64,000 nt of DNA, from positions 6,704,954 through 6,768,953 of the forward strand of contig CM120644.1 in NCBI GenBank assembly GCA_051362555.1. Direction: 5' to 3'. Each line of letters starts with the position of its first letter. The stretch's first letter is position 1. Position numbers and translations under genes: made by a program. Source of the DNA: Lingula anatina. Lineage: Eukaryota; Animalia; Brachiopoda. The notes beneath the pieces were generated by a model. The model was given only the letters and a program-made list of their open reading frames with translations, was not told the origin of the DNA and ran no database searches. Below are positions 35,501 through 48,880 of the stretch, one piece after another.

Positions 35501-38500
35501 CAAGACAGAGATCTTTTTCCTATTATATAATTTCTAGTGATACTAGAAAATTATTCATTTAACATGTCACAATATATTTATAGATAGAGACGGAGTTTCC
35601 TTGTATCGTGAAAGTGACTTGGGGAAATGGAGTGGTTCTAGATTAACGATGGTCTACCGACTGTTCTTGGGTTCAGATTGCGAAATAGTCATATTCTCAT
35701 ACAAGAGAAACAGTAAATGTGCCTAGCAACCAACACAGTTGCTAATCGTAGAGCCTTGGCAATTGAGGAATTCTATATACCCTGGAAATATGCCTGTTAG
35801 GTTTCTTGTTTCCGAGTCATGAAAATTGAACAGAATTGACATTGTAATTATTACACCTATACAATCTCACTCAATTATCTGAATCAATGAAGTCAATTAA
35901 CCGTGAACAATTGACAAACATAGAACCCACGGCAGGTAAATTTGTCAACGGCCCTCACATTTGCTCTCGGTTTTCATTGCAGAGACTACAGCCCACAGTA
36001 TTATGAAAGGCCCAGATGAAATTCAATAGCCCTGAGCTAATATTTACCCGCCTGATTAGGGCCTTTGAGTGTGCTTAAAAACCCCTAACATTCAACATGG
36101 AAGTGTTTTGTGAGCCATGTAAAATGAGTTAGAATAACACCTGTTGACTTGAATTCTATGCTGTTCAGAGCTTGGAAATTTGATCAGCCCCCTCCAAGAA
36201 TTGTTACTATACGGCTTTTGATATGAAAAGTTTCAGCCTTCCCCATCTCTCTCTCTCTCTCTCTCTCTCCCCCCCCCCCCCCCTCCTTTTCATTTCCTCT
36301 CATGCTTTGAACGTGCCTTGGCCTGGTCCCCTGTTGCTAAGGGTACCACCTACTTGTGCAGTTGCTTAGGGCAAACTTCAGAACTATGTACTTAGTCTGT
36401 GACACTGTGGTGTGTATATAGTAGCGTTGGGAATTGCAGGAAATTCAGATGCAAAAATCATGTATGCAATGTTATATGTTAGCACTGATTATTAGACACT
36501 TGATTTGGGAGCACAATACATGATATTTTGTTATGATATTGATGATGAAGAAATCCAAAGAAATGGTATAAAAGAGATTGAAATAAAAAAGATTTTAAAA
36601 AACTGCATGTGGTAGAGGAAAATGTGTCTTACATGATAAAAAGAGACATTGTTATAAACAATTATTGAATTATTATGTGTAGAAAGTCTTCTTAACAATT
36701 ACCAATTTCCTTTAACAGCAGTGAGCGGCTGCCTGCAGATGGGGAGTCCTTTGGAGATGACATTGATGATGATGACGATGACATGCTGGACAATCTGGAT
36801 GACGACGTCGTTGACGACAGCGACGCAGAGTCTGACACATACTCCATTGGGAGTGCAGTCTCAAAGCGATCCTCAGCCACCAGTGTCAGGAGCACGCTGC
36901 GATGCAAGTCTGCAAAAACGAGACCTGCTGCGTCGACCATTTTGCGCGAGAATGCAACTTTGAGTTCTGCAGATGTAAGGACGTTGACGACAAGACCCAA
37001 GTCTGCTGCTCTGAGAGATTACGAACTGCAGCCCGCGCTGACTGCTAGTCTGTTTAGTAACGTCCCACCTACCATTAACTTTGTGGCAGATGGAGAGAAA
37101 GGTGCTTACATGTTTGATTTTGTTTATCTTTAAAACATCTTTTTAAAGAGTCACAGAAACTGTACTTTGATGTACTATATTTCTTAAAAGTCTTTTTATT
37201 ATAAATAAGAGAAAATCCTTTCTTAGAAAATGCAGTTTTTGTCGTGAAATATTCCAATTTTGAAAGGATTGTATCTGAGTTATTTAAAATGCATTTCATA
37301 ATTTTAACATCACACTTCACTTCTTTTAGTTTATTTGAGTATTTGTATTAGTCTAGTCCATTTTTCACAAGCCACTCCTTTTAATTTTCCATAGCATACA
37401 ATTAATCATACATTTATCTATTAATTTTCCAGTTGAGTCCCTGCCTTGGGAAATTAAGAAACTCCTCAAATGGCGCCTAAGTCCTGTGACACCAAACGTT
37501 GTGAAAAACTGCATCAATCGTTCCGGTTTTAGGATCACAAAGAGTAAGTAAATAAACCTCTGTACCAACATTATATCAAATATGCATGCTAAAAATGTAA
37601 ATTATTCAAAGCATGTCTTATAATATTGTGTCATGGACATTTTTTGTTTTTGTATTAAACTCTCCGTTTGAAAGAGTTAAATGTATTTAGTTACTAGTGC
37701 ATGGTGTTTCTTGGCATAGAACGCATGCTGAATTGGATGATTTAATATTCATACAGTGCACAGTTTTAATTATTTGCTTTTGGACTTGAATTGTCGGTGA
37801 ATAGATGATTAAATTCTGACCCTGTCCATGTTGTGTTTTCCAAGATGGATTTCAATGGGTCAGTTTCATCAACACTGGACAGCACTGTCTTATGGATAAC
37901 ACTATCTATTGAGTAGAATTGTTATCCTCCAGGCAGTTATCCTGAGGATAGCAGCCATTTATAACCACTGGATAGCTATATCAGAGACAACAATATCTAG
38001 TGTACTGTGTTTGAGAAACATAACCTTACCTATTGGATAACATGCCCAGAAGATAACAATTATATCCAATGGACAATGTTATCCATATGACAATGCTATC
38101 TGGTGTTGATGACACTGGTTCCTGGCATTGTTTACCTGAGCAATTGTGTAGTAACATACTTTTTACAGACATTTTGAATCCAGAGAAAAATTTTAAAAGG
38201 GAACCTTAAAAAAAAAAGAAAGCTTAAAAAAGTTCTCTGTCAATATTTAGCACCCTACTGTCAACATTTGCCACCAGTTCTTGATGAAAGCAGTATAGGG
38301 AAGTCTTTTTATATTTAGCATTGCATAGCCTTTTTTCTTTTGCATTGCAACTTTCAACAGAAGGTAAACTGCACTGAGAATGAAGAAATGTTTTAGATGT
38401 TTTTGAACTTGTTTGTTTCTTGTTGCCTGGCAGTTTTCACTCGACCTTTGCCAGAAGCTTCATGTTTGACTCTTGAAATGTGGTGCTTTTGAAAAGATTT

Positions 38501-41500
38501 AATCAAGATTGTGTGTACTATTGGTCTATTGATAAGTTATTTTGTCATTTGAAATAGTTTCAAGTTTGGTTTGAACTTAATTATTTCAACCTTTCAGCAA
38601 GTGTGCATTAAATACATACTTCATAAAATCATGGTTTGATTTTATATTTTTTTACATTATAATTTCACACACACACACACACATTCCAAATCAAATATAT
38701 ATATAATGATAAGTGCAATATAAGTAAGTCTAATACTTGATAGTAGAAGTGTTTATACATATTATCAATTTTTATAACACTTGCTCATTAAGGCCAATTG
38801 ATTTTCCTCGATAATTGCACTTCAGTGCATTAATTCCAGTACTGCTATGATTTTATAAGTGGGATTTTGTTCAAGAAGATTGATTGAGGACTAAGTGCTA
38901 ATATGCTGTACATAAAGTGTCAAACATATTCTCACAGTTTGAAAATTAACATTGTTCTTGCTTTCACTTGAAACTAATTGTACCACCAGCGTTAGCGCTG
39001 GCGGTACACATGGTTTCGGTCCCGTCCGGATCGTTCCGCCGGCTCCGCCGGCTCCGCCGGACGGCTACCGTTACCGCTTCTCCTCCTAGACGGTAAGGGC
39101 CCCCGTACCCATCTCATGGATTTAGGTCACCTATAATCTCAACTCGTTCCACGTAAAATTTGGGCTTTGTCGGTATTGGGGTCTGGGTGTGGCACTCATT
39201 ACAATGCACCCTTGTCTAAAAATGGCAAAATTAAATGCTAATTATCTACCCTACGGAAGGAGTTATGGGAAAAATTTCTATAGACGGCTTTCCAAAAGTC
39301 ATATGTGTAGATTTCAAATATACCCTTGGATTTGACCTTTGACCTTTACTTCAAGGTCAAATGGGTCAAAATTTTCAAAAAAATGAAATTTTTTACGAAA
39401 AAAATTTTTTTTGCCCTGTTATTCAGACACTACACACACTTAACCAATAATATTATTGGAAAGTGTTACCCTTCAGGTCATCTTTCATCTCCATGAATTT
39501 GGGGTCAATCGGTGCATTTTCACGGGAGTAGCGGCCATAAGATACCGAAACTGAAAACTGTCTCTAATTCGGGAACCGTTAATGCTAGAGACCCATTCTT
39601 TTTTGCATATTGTAGAGCATGTAAAGCCCAACACTGGATGTGGTCTTGGTTTTTTTGTATTCCATACGGTTTTCGAGTTATGCTGTATCAAAAAGTACAT
39701 ATTGGTGGTAAAAGCAAAATGTGCAGTACGGTAATGGATAATAAATTTTGAACTCTGGAAAAATAAAACATAAGGCTTGGCAAAGCAGACAACTTGTGTT
39801 CAAAAATGACATTATTTCATCAAATTTGAACTTCTGAAACTTCAGAGCACCTCCTATTTCAAGAATTTTGACCAAAGTGACATTTTCTTTATTTTAATTA
39901 ATTTTTTCTGTACGCAATTTAAGGCACATTATGGTAACTCCAAAATTATAACATTTAGTCCCTTATATCTCCAAAACTGGCAGAGATAGGTCCATAGTTA
40001 CTATTGAACTTGAATAGGAAGTCATATACTGGCAATATAAATGTGACCTTAAAATTGACCTTTGACCTACTTTTCACCATGAACTGAACTTTGCAAATTT
40101 TGCTTTCCTTTTATCTCCAAAACTGGCAGAGATAGGTCCATAGTTACTATTGAACTTGAATAGGAAGTCATATACTGGCAATCTAAATGTGACCTTAAAA
40201 TTGACTTTTGACCTACTTTTCACCATAAACTGAACTTTGCAAATTTTGCTTCCCTTTTATCTCCAAAACTGGCAGAGATAGGTCCATAGTTACTATTGAA
40301 CTTGATAAAAAAAGTCATATGCTGGCAATCTAAATGTGACCTTGAAATTGACCTTTGACCTACTTTTCACCATGAATTGAACTTTGCAAATTTTGCTTTC
40401 CTTTTATCTCCAAAACTGGCAGAGATAGGTCCATAGTTACTATTAAACTTGAATAGGAAGTCATATACTGGCAATCTATATGTGACCTTAAAATTGACCT
40501 TTGACCTACTTTTCACCATGAACTGAACTTTGCAAATTTTGCTTCCCTTTTATCTCCAAAACTGGCTGAGATAGGTCCGTAGTTACTATTGAACTTGAAT
40601 AGAAAGTCATATACTGGCAATCTAAATGTGACCTTGAAATTGACCTTTGACCTACTTTTCACCATGAATTGAACTTTGCAAATTTTGCTTTCCTTTTATC
40701 TCCAAAACTGGCAGAGATAGGTCCGTAGTTACTATTGAACTTGAATAGGAAGTCATATACTGGCAATCTATATGTGACCTTAAAATTGACCTTTGACCTA
40801 CTTTTCACCATGAACTGAACTTTGCAAATTTTTCTTCCCTTTTATCTCCAAAACTGGCAGAGATAGGTCCATAGTTACTATTGAACTTGAATAGGAAGTC
40901 ATAAACTGGCAATCTAAATGTGACCTTAAAATTGACCTTTGACCTACTTTTCACCATGAACTGAACTTTGTAAATTTTTCTTTCCTTTTATCTCCAAAAC
41001 TGGCAGAGATAGGTCCATAGTTACTATTGAACTTGAATAGGAAGTCATATACTGGCAATATAAATGTGACATTAAAATTGACCTTTGACCTACTTTTCAC
41101 CATAAACTGAACTTTGCACATTTTGCTTCCCTTTTATCTCCAAAACTGGCAGAGATAGGTCCATAGTTACTATTGAACTTGAATAGGAAGTCATATACTG
41201 GCAATATAAATGTGACCTTAAAATTGACCTTTGACCTACTTTTCACCATGAACTGAACTTTGCAAATTTTGCTTTCCTTTTATCTCCAAAACTGGCAGAG
41301 ATAGGTCCATAGTTACTATTGAACTTGAATAGGAAGTCATATACTGGCAATCTAAATGTGACCTTAAAATTGACCTTTGACCTACTTTTCACCATAAACT
41401 GAACTTTGCAAATTTTGCTTCCCTTTTATCTCCAAAACTGGCAGAGATAGGTCCATAGTTACTATTGAACTTGAATAGGAAGTCATATACTGGCAATCTA

Positions 41501-44500
41501 ATTGTGACCTTAAAATTGACTTTTGACCTACTTTTCACCATGAACTGAACTTTGCAAATTTTGATTTCCTTTTATATCCAAAACTATCAGAGATATGTCC
41601 ATAGTTACTATTGAACTTGATAAGAAAGTCATATACTGGCAATCTAAATGTGACCTTGATATTGACCTTTGACCTACTTTTCACCATGAACTGAATTTTG
41701 CAAATTTTGCTTCCCTTTTATCTCCAAAACTGGCAGAGATAGGTCCATAGTTACTAATGAACTTGAATAGGAAGTCCTATACTGGCAATCTAAGTGTGAC
41801 CTTGAAATTAACCTTTGACCTACTTTTTATCATGAAGTGAACTCTGCTAATTTCTTTCTCTTTTAACTTCAAACTTGACAGAGATAGGTCCATAGTTACT
41901 CTTGAACTTGAATAGGAAGTCATATACTGGCAATTTACTGTGACCTTGAAATTGACCCTTGACCTATCTTACAAAGAACTTAAATTTGGTTGTACCATAT
42001 ATATTTTTTGCAATAGTTTAAAAATTCTTGTTGATTGCATTTTTACAGCTTGTCAAGCACAAAACTGGTGGCTGTGTCCCTTATTTTGTGTATGTGGGGG
42101 TCTATACGAATGCGCTTGCTCCAGCTGGTGGTACAATATTCGGAGGCGGTATCGCCTCTCTGATCCTCTAGTTTTAGATCAAAATTGGTAAGGTTAGACA
42201 TTGGAAAACTGCCTGCCAGACAGGTCATGACTGCTTGAAAGGATTTTTGCAGGTCCTCTAGACTGGCAAGGGTTATGTGAAAATAGAATACATGATAATA
42301 AATCATGTAAACATAGATTAATAAAAATAAAGTACTTAGTTTAGACCATGACAGAATTGTTAGAACCTGCAGATTTTTTGTAGTGCATGTTCTCCAGACC
42401 TTCGATATGCCACAAGTTTTCCCCATGTCTGTCTTAAAGACACATGATTTTGAAAGAATTTTGTGTACCATGATTTAGATTACTGGTACTGTTAAAGTGC
42501 TTGATATCCTGTTGATATTCAATTAAATTTTTTTATTTTTTGCCTTTTTTTAGAAAATCATGATTGGCTAGGTTGCTGGGGGAAGCATATGAAGGCCAAT
42601 GCATTCCGAGCCATCAGAGAGTATCAGAAAGTAAGATATATTACACAAATAACAAATGTCAGAGAGTATCAGAAATCAAGATCTGCAAATATTTGACAAA
42701 TAAGTTAGCAATTATTGTGGTATTTTGTCAACTGATGTTTTTTGAAAAAATTGAGAATTTCTGAAATGAAAGTCATATTATGTTTGATATATAGCGTGTT
42801 GATCTTGCTAATCAGTGTTGTGTACACGATAAAAGAAAGTGGATAATAAACACAGAAAGATGGGTTTGAATGCACAGGATACAATAATGCATAATTAATC
42901 AAGTGAAATTTGCATTTGTTCTCTTATTTCCTCTCTCTAGCTCAACCACTTTCCCGGATCATTCCAAATTGGCCGCAAGGATCGTCTCTGGCGCAATCTG
43001 TCCCGATTACAGGTGCATTTTGGGAGAAGAGAGTTTGGCTTTTTTCCGCAGACGTTTGTCCTGCCTTATGACATGAAACTGCTGAAGAGAGCATGGGAAG
43101 ATGGAGGGTCCAAACAAAAGTGGATTATTAAACCAGTGAGTAGGGATTGATAATTAACAAATAAGATGACATGTGAATGATAAGTTATAAGTTCTTCATT
43201 TAAAATTGAAATTATGTAAAATGAGTAATATTGGAATATTTTGAACAGACTTTGGACAGTTTGAACAGAATTTGGATATTTTAAATCGAATTTTAGAAAT
43301 TAAAATTTTTGTCTCTTGCAGCCTGCGTCTGCCCGTGGAATTGGAATCAAAGTGATCCACAAGTGGAACCAAGTGCCAAAGAGGAGGCCGGTTATTGTAC
43401 AGAAGTAGGTGTTCAGTACTGATCCACTGAATAGAGAGCATATTTTAATGACACATTTCTGGGTCTGGTTTTACATATTTGGTGGTGATTTGTAGACTAC
43501 ACTGGTTGGTTTTTACTTTGACTTGAGGTGCATTTTATGTAGTAAAGTCTTTAAATGACATCAAGAAAATATACATAAATTATACATTATTTCAGCTGTA
43601 TGTCTTTTCAATAAGTTTATAAAGATTATAAGACATCCACTTTATTTATCTTACTGGACTTATTCAACTATATACATTTCCATAATCCAATACACCTTCC
43701 TTTATTTCCATGTACTTGTCTATGCAGTAAGAAGTGTTGAACTCTGTACATATCCTTAATCCTTGTATTCTCAGGTACTTATCCAGGCCATACTTGATCA
43801 ATGAGAGTAAGTTTGATCTGAGGATCTATGTGTATGTGACCAGTCTGGACCCACTGAGACTGTACGTCTTCCAGGACGGACTGGTCAGATTTGCCTCCAT
43901 GAAGTAAGTGCACCATTCTGTCTTATAAATAGATACTTCTGATAGTTTTTACTATCTCTCTCTTTCTTTTTTCCTTTAATTTTTTTTTTTTAATTTTTAC
44001 ATGAATAAATGAATATATAACAAAAGCATAATCTCATGTATTAAACAATATAATACTATTAGGCAGTATCATTAAAAAAAAAAAGAAAAAAAAGGATAAT
44101 GAAATACAATATAAAAATATTCTGCGTGCAGGAGTAAAATATATTCAATTTGATTAGAAGACAGAGTAATATATATTTATCTTCTTCAGATACTCTAGCT
44201 CAATGAAGAACTTGAACAACAAATACATGCACTTAACCAACTACAGCATTAACAAGAAGAACTCTGGCTACCAAGCTAATGGGGATGACACTGTGTGTCA
44301 AGGACATAAATGGTAAGACCAGTAATTCTGTCATTTCATGGATACCTGGTTTACTGCTACAGCAGTGTGATTTTTGATATTTGGACAGTTATCCAAGAAA
44401 TAATTTGTATGAGGGAAAACAATTTAAATAAAGTGAAATGAAGTGAAAGATTACAAAAAAGACATTTTTGACAAAATATGTATCTCCATTCCAGATTTTA

Positions 44501-47500
44501 TTTAAACAGACAATACTTCAGAGTATTTATGGGGAAAATGGGCTTTTTCCCAATATAATGAAAACTTTTAATGAAATATTTCATATGACTATATGACTTT
44601 TTTTTTCTGTAGTAGAATGTGACTTTACACTGTTACCTTATTCTGTTTTTACCTCTGCCAGCTATATAATCAATGCATTTTGTATATCTTCCAGGTCACT
44701 GAAGTCTCTGTGGGGATATCTTCAGAAGAAAGGGGTCAACTATGGCCCTATCTGGGAGAGCATCAAGGATCTAGTCATTAAAACTATTGTCTGGTTAGTT
44801 GAATCATATTAGAATATTTTTTATGAATGTCCTAAAGCAGAACCAACTTAGGACCATACTCCATATACATTTCTTTTTCATAACATAATGACACCTGTAG
44901 TGAATTTATTATTGGCTATTTTACATTTTTTAAATTCAGTTTCAACTGCGCAACCAAATAATACATTATGTAATTGGTTCTATACTAGTAATTATTTTTA
45001 AATCCACTACCAAATTTCAGTCTTAATTGCTTACTAGTAGTTAAAAAATATTTAATATTTTTAAACAATTAAACTCCATACACATATATTGTCTTGCCCT
45101 GCCTGATGTAGTATTGTATTGTATTGCATTGTAATTGCACTGTATTGTTGTGTATTGTGCTGTATTCTATTCTACAGTGCTGAGGCCCCTATGAACAGCC
45201 TGGTGAAGTCAAACTGTCAGAGCACCTACTCTGTCCATGAGCTGTTTGGCTTTGATGTCATGTTGGATGAACAGTTGAAACCCTGGATACTGGAGGTTAA
45301 CATATCCCCCAGGTCAGTGAACTAAAACAGGTGTTTAAAAATGGATTAAATGCAATCTTTGGTTTAAAAGATTACTCTATGTTGACATATACAACAGTTA
45401 AGGGAACTCAAACAGGTGTTTGGAAATGGAGAAAAACTGATAAAAAGATGAAAAAGAGCATAGCAAATAGATGAGTAAAGTTGAAGCAGTGTTTGAAAAA
45501 GGAGAACCCTTTGAGCAAAAGACTCCTAACCACCCTTTAAAATGATTGTGAGATTTTCCAACATATACTGAATGTTGAGGGTTAACCCATCCCTTTGGCA
45601 AATAAAGTTGAACAGGTCTGTGAAATTTTTAAAAAAATCTAATTATAATGTTATCCTGTAAGAGCTACACAAAAATCTTAAATGTATTATAATATAACAA
45701 ACCTAATGTATCTCTCCAGCCTCCACTCTAACTCTCAGCTGGACATGAACGTCAAGGGTCAGATGATCAAGGACCTCCACAACTTGGCTGGGTTCCAAAT
45801 CCCAGACAAGAATGACGTGGTGCAAAATCCTTCTGCTCCCGCAGAAACAAGGTATTACTTAAAAAAAAAAAGATACATTGCATATTCACATATTAAGCAT
45901 AATGCCTTCCTAACCAAAGGAAATAAGGGCAAGAAGACAATTACACAATATGTTCTTATTCTTTGAGGAAAATCATACGTCATGCAATAAGGTAACAGAG
46001 TTTAGTGGGCAGTCTGTTTCCAGTTCAGTTGCTCATGTCTGTAAGTATAACAGTTTCAGCAGAGATTTATATTATAATAGATTTATTTAGTAAATACATT
46101 TTATGATGTCTTTTTGTTGCAGCAATATCAAAGTGCCTAGTGAACTGATCATGGACAAGAGATTGTTCACACAGAATATGGCTCCTGATGAACGAGCCAA
46201 GCATGCCTACTACTGCCAGAAATACCAGGATGATGTGAGTGGAACAGTTAATTTTTCTTTTAATTTTGTTATTTGCTTTATTATTACATTCTTCTTCATG
46301 CATAAACAAGCACAACTTTGCAAAAAAAAAACAATTCAGCTTGAAAACTATTTTGTAATGATATCATGTAAAAATGCAAGGCATATGCTTCTTCATTTAT
46401 TTGTTCATTTTGAGAGCAAGAGAAGCAAATTTATAGTCAATATAGTATTGCTAGCAAAAGTTGATATGTAAATTGTGAGTGGCTGATCTATGGACATTTT
46501 AATAATCATGATTTTTTATATTTTTCATCAGCAAATCCAGCAAACTGTGCTTGACACGCTGACGCCAGATGACATCCGTGTCTTGATAGCTACAGTAGAT
46601 GAGGACTCCAGGAAGGGGGGCTTTGAGAGGGTGTTTCCCACTGCCAAATCCAGCAAATATCTCAAGTTCTTTGAGCAGCCAAGGTATGGTTGAGAATTTT
46701 GGAAACTTGGAAACTGTTCTGTAACATTTATTGTTGGGCATGTGCTGTATATTTATGTAAAAGTGAATGTTTTGAAATTTTTGGACGAATTTGGTTAATA
46801 TCCTTGGAAGGATGGATAATTTTGATGTCATGAAAAAATTTTGGATGAACCTTGTTATATCATATTTAAAGTTCAACAAGTTTTCCATTTTGTATTGCTC
46901 TTTGAGTTCAGAGAGCAGTCAAGAATATTAAGAACAGTTCTGAAATATATTACATAGCTAATTGTGACCATTTCAAATCAGTCAGTTTGAAAAATATTCA
47001 AATCCAACCCTAGGTACTACAACCTGTTGTTAAACCAGTGGGTTCAGAGGTATAACAAGATGGAGGCAAGGGGCGTGGCACTCCTGGATTCCTTCTGTCA
47101 GAAATGGGTCCATGTGCAAAGTCCAACTACAGATCCTTATCACCAGGTATGTAAGAGGGGAATCCCCTTTTCTCTTGGATAGAATAGTGATGATAAAGTG
47201 AATGAACAGTACTACACTGTCTTTTCATGGACAATCTTTACTGTCAGTGCTTACATGACTGAAACTGGCATTTCACTAGTTGAATTGTTTTGTCAACCTT
47301 TTGGTTTTGGTACATATGCTTTAAATATTAGGAAAAAAATTAGGAAGAAACTGGAAACAAGCCAGATCTCTTTTGGTAAAGGGGTGGGGGGGAGTTGCTA
47401 ACTGGAAAAAAAGTGGAGATATTGCTTTAATGCCAGTAACTTTGTGTTTGCATATTAAATCTGTAGTCTTTCCTCAGGTTTTACAATAAAAATAATGTAT

Positions 47501-48022
47501 TTTCTTTCAGTGGAGTCCTCCAAATGCCACCCCTCGCACACTGAGTGCTCCGTCTAGCAAACCAGGAGTAGGGAACTCAAGGTGAGTCTCTTCATATAGA
47601 CTGGACTTCACTTTTATAAAGGGGGGAGGAGAAGAAAAAGAACTCTCAAGATGTTATAACCAATTTGTATCTTTTCATACTTAATTTGTGTATACTAAGA
47701 ACTTAAAATGAATAATATATATTAGTAAGTGAATGAAGGATACGTGTTTTATAATTAAGTAAATGAATAAATAGATAATTGAATACATGCTATAAAAAGG
47801 CATTTGAGGAAAAAGAGCAGATGATAATTTGGATAATTATATCAGAAAATTCGGATCAAAATTTCACCAGTTACTTGTTTCCATTGCAGTTCAACATCCC
47901 AGCTGCCAAAACTACGCAAGAAGAACAACAAGCCAATTCAGAAAATGTCCCACTCAGGAAGTGCGTCATCACTGGATAAGTACATGATGCCATCCAACCC
48001 ACCGTCCAAACAAAACAGATGA
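32555..48022 (+). CDS. TTLL4: Tubulin glutamylase TTLL4 (~1201 aa to the first TGA), 16 coding exons
   Basis: Exons 32555-34092, 36719-37101, 37433-37543, 42554-42630, 42941-43135, 43322-43404, 43775-43903, 44190-44312, 44695-44793, 45178-45312, 45720-45851, 46123-46234, 46532-46683, 47014-47146, 47511-47581, 47890-48022, all GT-AG and phase-compatible. TTL motifs DWLGCWGKHMK, NHFPGSFQIGRKDRLWRNL, KPPASARGIGI, KFDLRIYV, GLVRFA, HLTNYSINK, ELFGFDVMLD, LEVNISPSL. Confidence 0.95.
34332..34530 (-). mobile_element. PIF/Harbinger MITE, subfamily B, one end truncated
   Basis: Reverse complement of 62678-62892; TAA at the left flank. Confidence 0.8.
37858..38120. mobile_element. Old palindromic MITE
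   Basis: ~43-bp imperfect TIRs cagtttcatcaacactggacagcactgtcttatggataac / gttatccatatgacaatgctatctggtgttgatgacactg, with internal ggata/tatcc motifs. Confidence 0.65.
38976..42172 (+). mobile_element. Non-autonomous Helentron-type element (HINE/DINE-1-like) in TTLL4 intron 3
   Basis: 5' subTIR ttgtaccaccagc with adjacent IR gctggcggtaca, (ccggctccg)n microrepeat, central satellite, 3' subTIR gctggtggtacaa (42124-42136), hairpin gaggcg-gtat-cgcctc, end CTAG followed by TTTT. Confidence 0.88.
39960..41970. repeat. 146-bp satellite array, ~13-14 units
   Basis: atctccaaaactggcagagataggtcc recurs with period 146 (e.g. 40113, 40259). Same family as 16715-17480, in the opposite orientation. Confidence 0.97.
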
Positions 48023-48856
48023 GGCCTTCCCCGTCTACCACCATTGAAGGAACTTTTAGAAGCTTCGGATATTACATTTTTTGGCCAGCAGAGTAGTAAT
48101 AGTAGTAGTAGCATTCGACTTCACCTTACACCTGGCGAGAGTTTGAAGCAGCAGCGTAACTCTATATCAGACTGGATGAAGAAGGTACGAGAGTCTATTG
48201 GAGAGTTGCCAGATTCCTTAGCAACCAAGGAGAACCTAATCGACACTGGTGATGTCAGTGTTGAAGAAGATAGCATTCCTCCTTTAACTTTGCCATTGAA
48301 TTTGAAGGAATCCTCAAACGCTGTCACAGGGACTTCGCCGTCATTCCTGGAAGCAGTGACACAGAAACGTGCCAACTCTGTCAGCTTGGCAATAGCTCGA
48401 AGGGGTTTGCTCCCTAAGAGTGGTAACAGCGCCACCTTGCGGGAACATGCACGTCTCACCAGCGTCAGTCGTGTTGGGCTGCGTGACCTTGACAGCAGTC
48501 TGTCTCAGTACAAGAAGGCGTCATGGTCTCAGTCCAGTACCTCGGATTCAGCCGTCTTCACGATGTCAGGTGCAGAGTCAGAGGCACTCGATAACAGGCC
48601 TGCAGCTAGAAGAGGAGGAAGACCTCGGCCCTCCTCCTATAAGATTCAGGGCCATTCCAGCTTCAACAGCAAGGATTACACAGGTCCCATAGGGTCAAAT
48701 ATTATACCTGTGTGGAGAGAGACACTGCAGATCATGCGGCGCCATAGTTCTCCCCAAGGTAGCAAGCTGCTCGCCAGAGCTCAAGTGTACTCTGTGGCCG
48801 AAGTTCAGAATCTCAACGACATAGGACAACCATCTTCTTTTCACGCGCACAAATAA
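48023..48856 (+). CDS. 277-codon in-frame C-terminal extension of TTLL4 beyond a single TGA (candidate recoding or alternative splice product)
   Basis: Same frame as exon 16 (...KQNR-TGA-GLPRLPPLKELLEASD...FHAHK-TAA). Ser-rich like the TTLL4 N-terminus, and GC-richer than the flanking introns and UTR. Confidence 0.6.
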   Translation, partial: GLPRLPPLKELLEASDITFFGQQSSNSSSSIRLHLTPGESLKQQRNSISDWMKKVRESIGELPDSLATKENLIDTGDVSVEEDSIPPLTLPLNLKESSNAVTGTSPSFLEAVTQKRANSVSLAIARRGLLPKSGNSATLREHARLTSVSRVGLRDLDSSLSQYKKASWSQSSTSDSAVFTMSGAESEALDNRPAARRGGRPRPSSYKIQGHSSFNSKDYTGPIGSNIIPVWRETLQIMRRHSSPQGSKLLARAQVYSVAEVQNLNDIGQPSSFHAHK

Positions 48857-48880
48857 ATAAGAACTGCCCAATCAAGCTAG

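Noticed and set aside
39960-41970. Regularly spaced repeats resembling a CRISPR array
   Set aside because: Whole 146-bp units repeat with no unique spacers, there are no cas genes, and the context is eukaryotic. It is a satellite inside a Helentron.
42660-42676. Copy of the TTLL4 exon-4 end (cagagagtatcagaaa) as an alternative donor
   Set aside because: Not followed by GT; a simple local micro-duplication.
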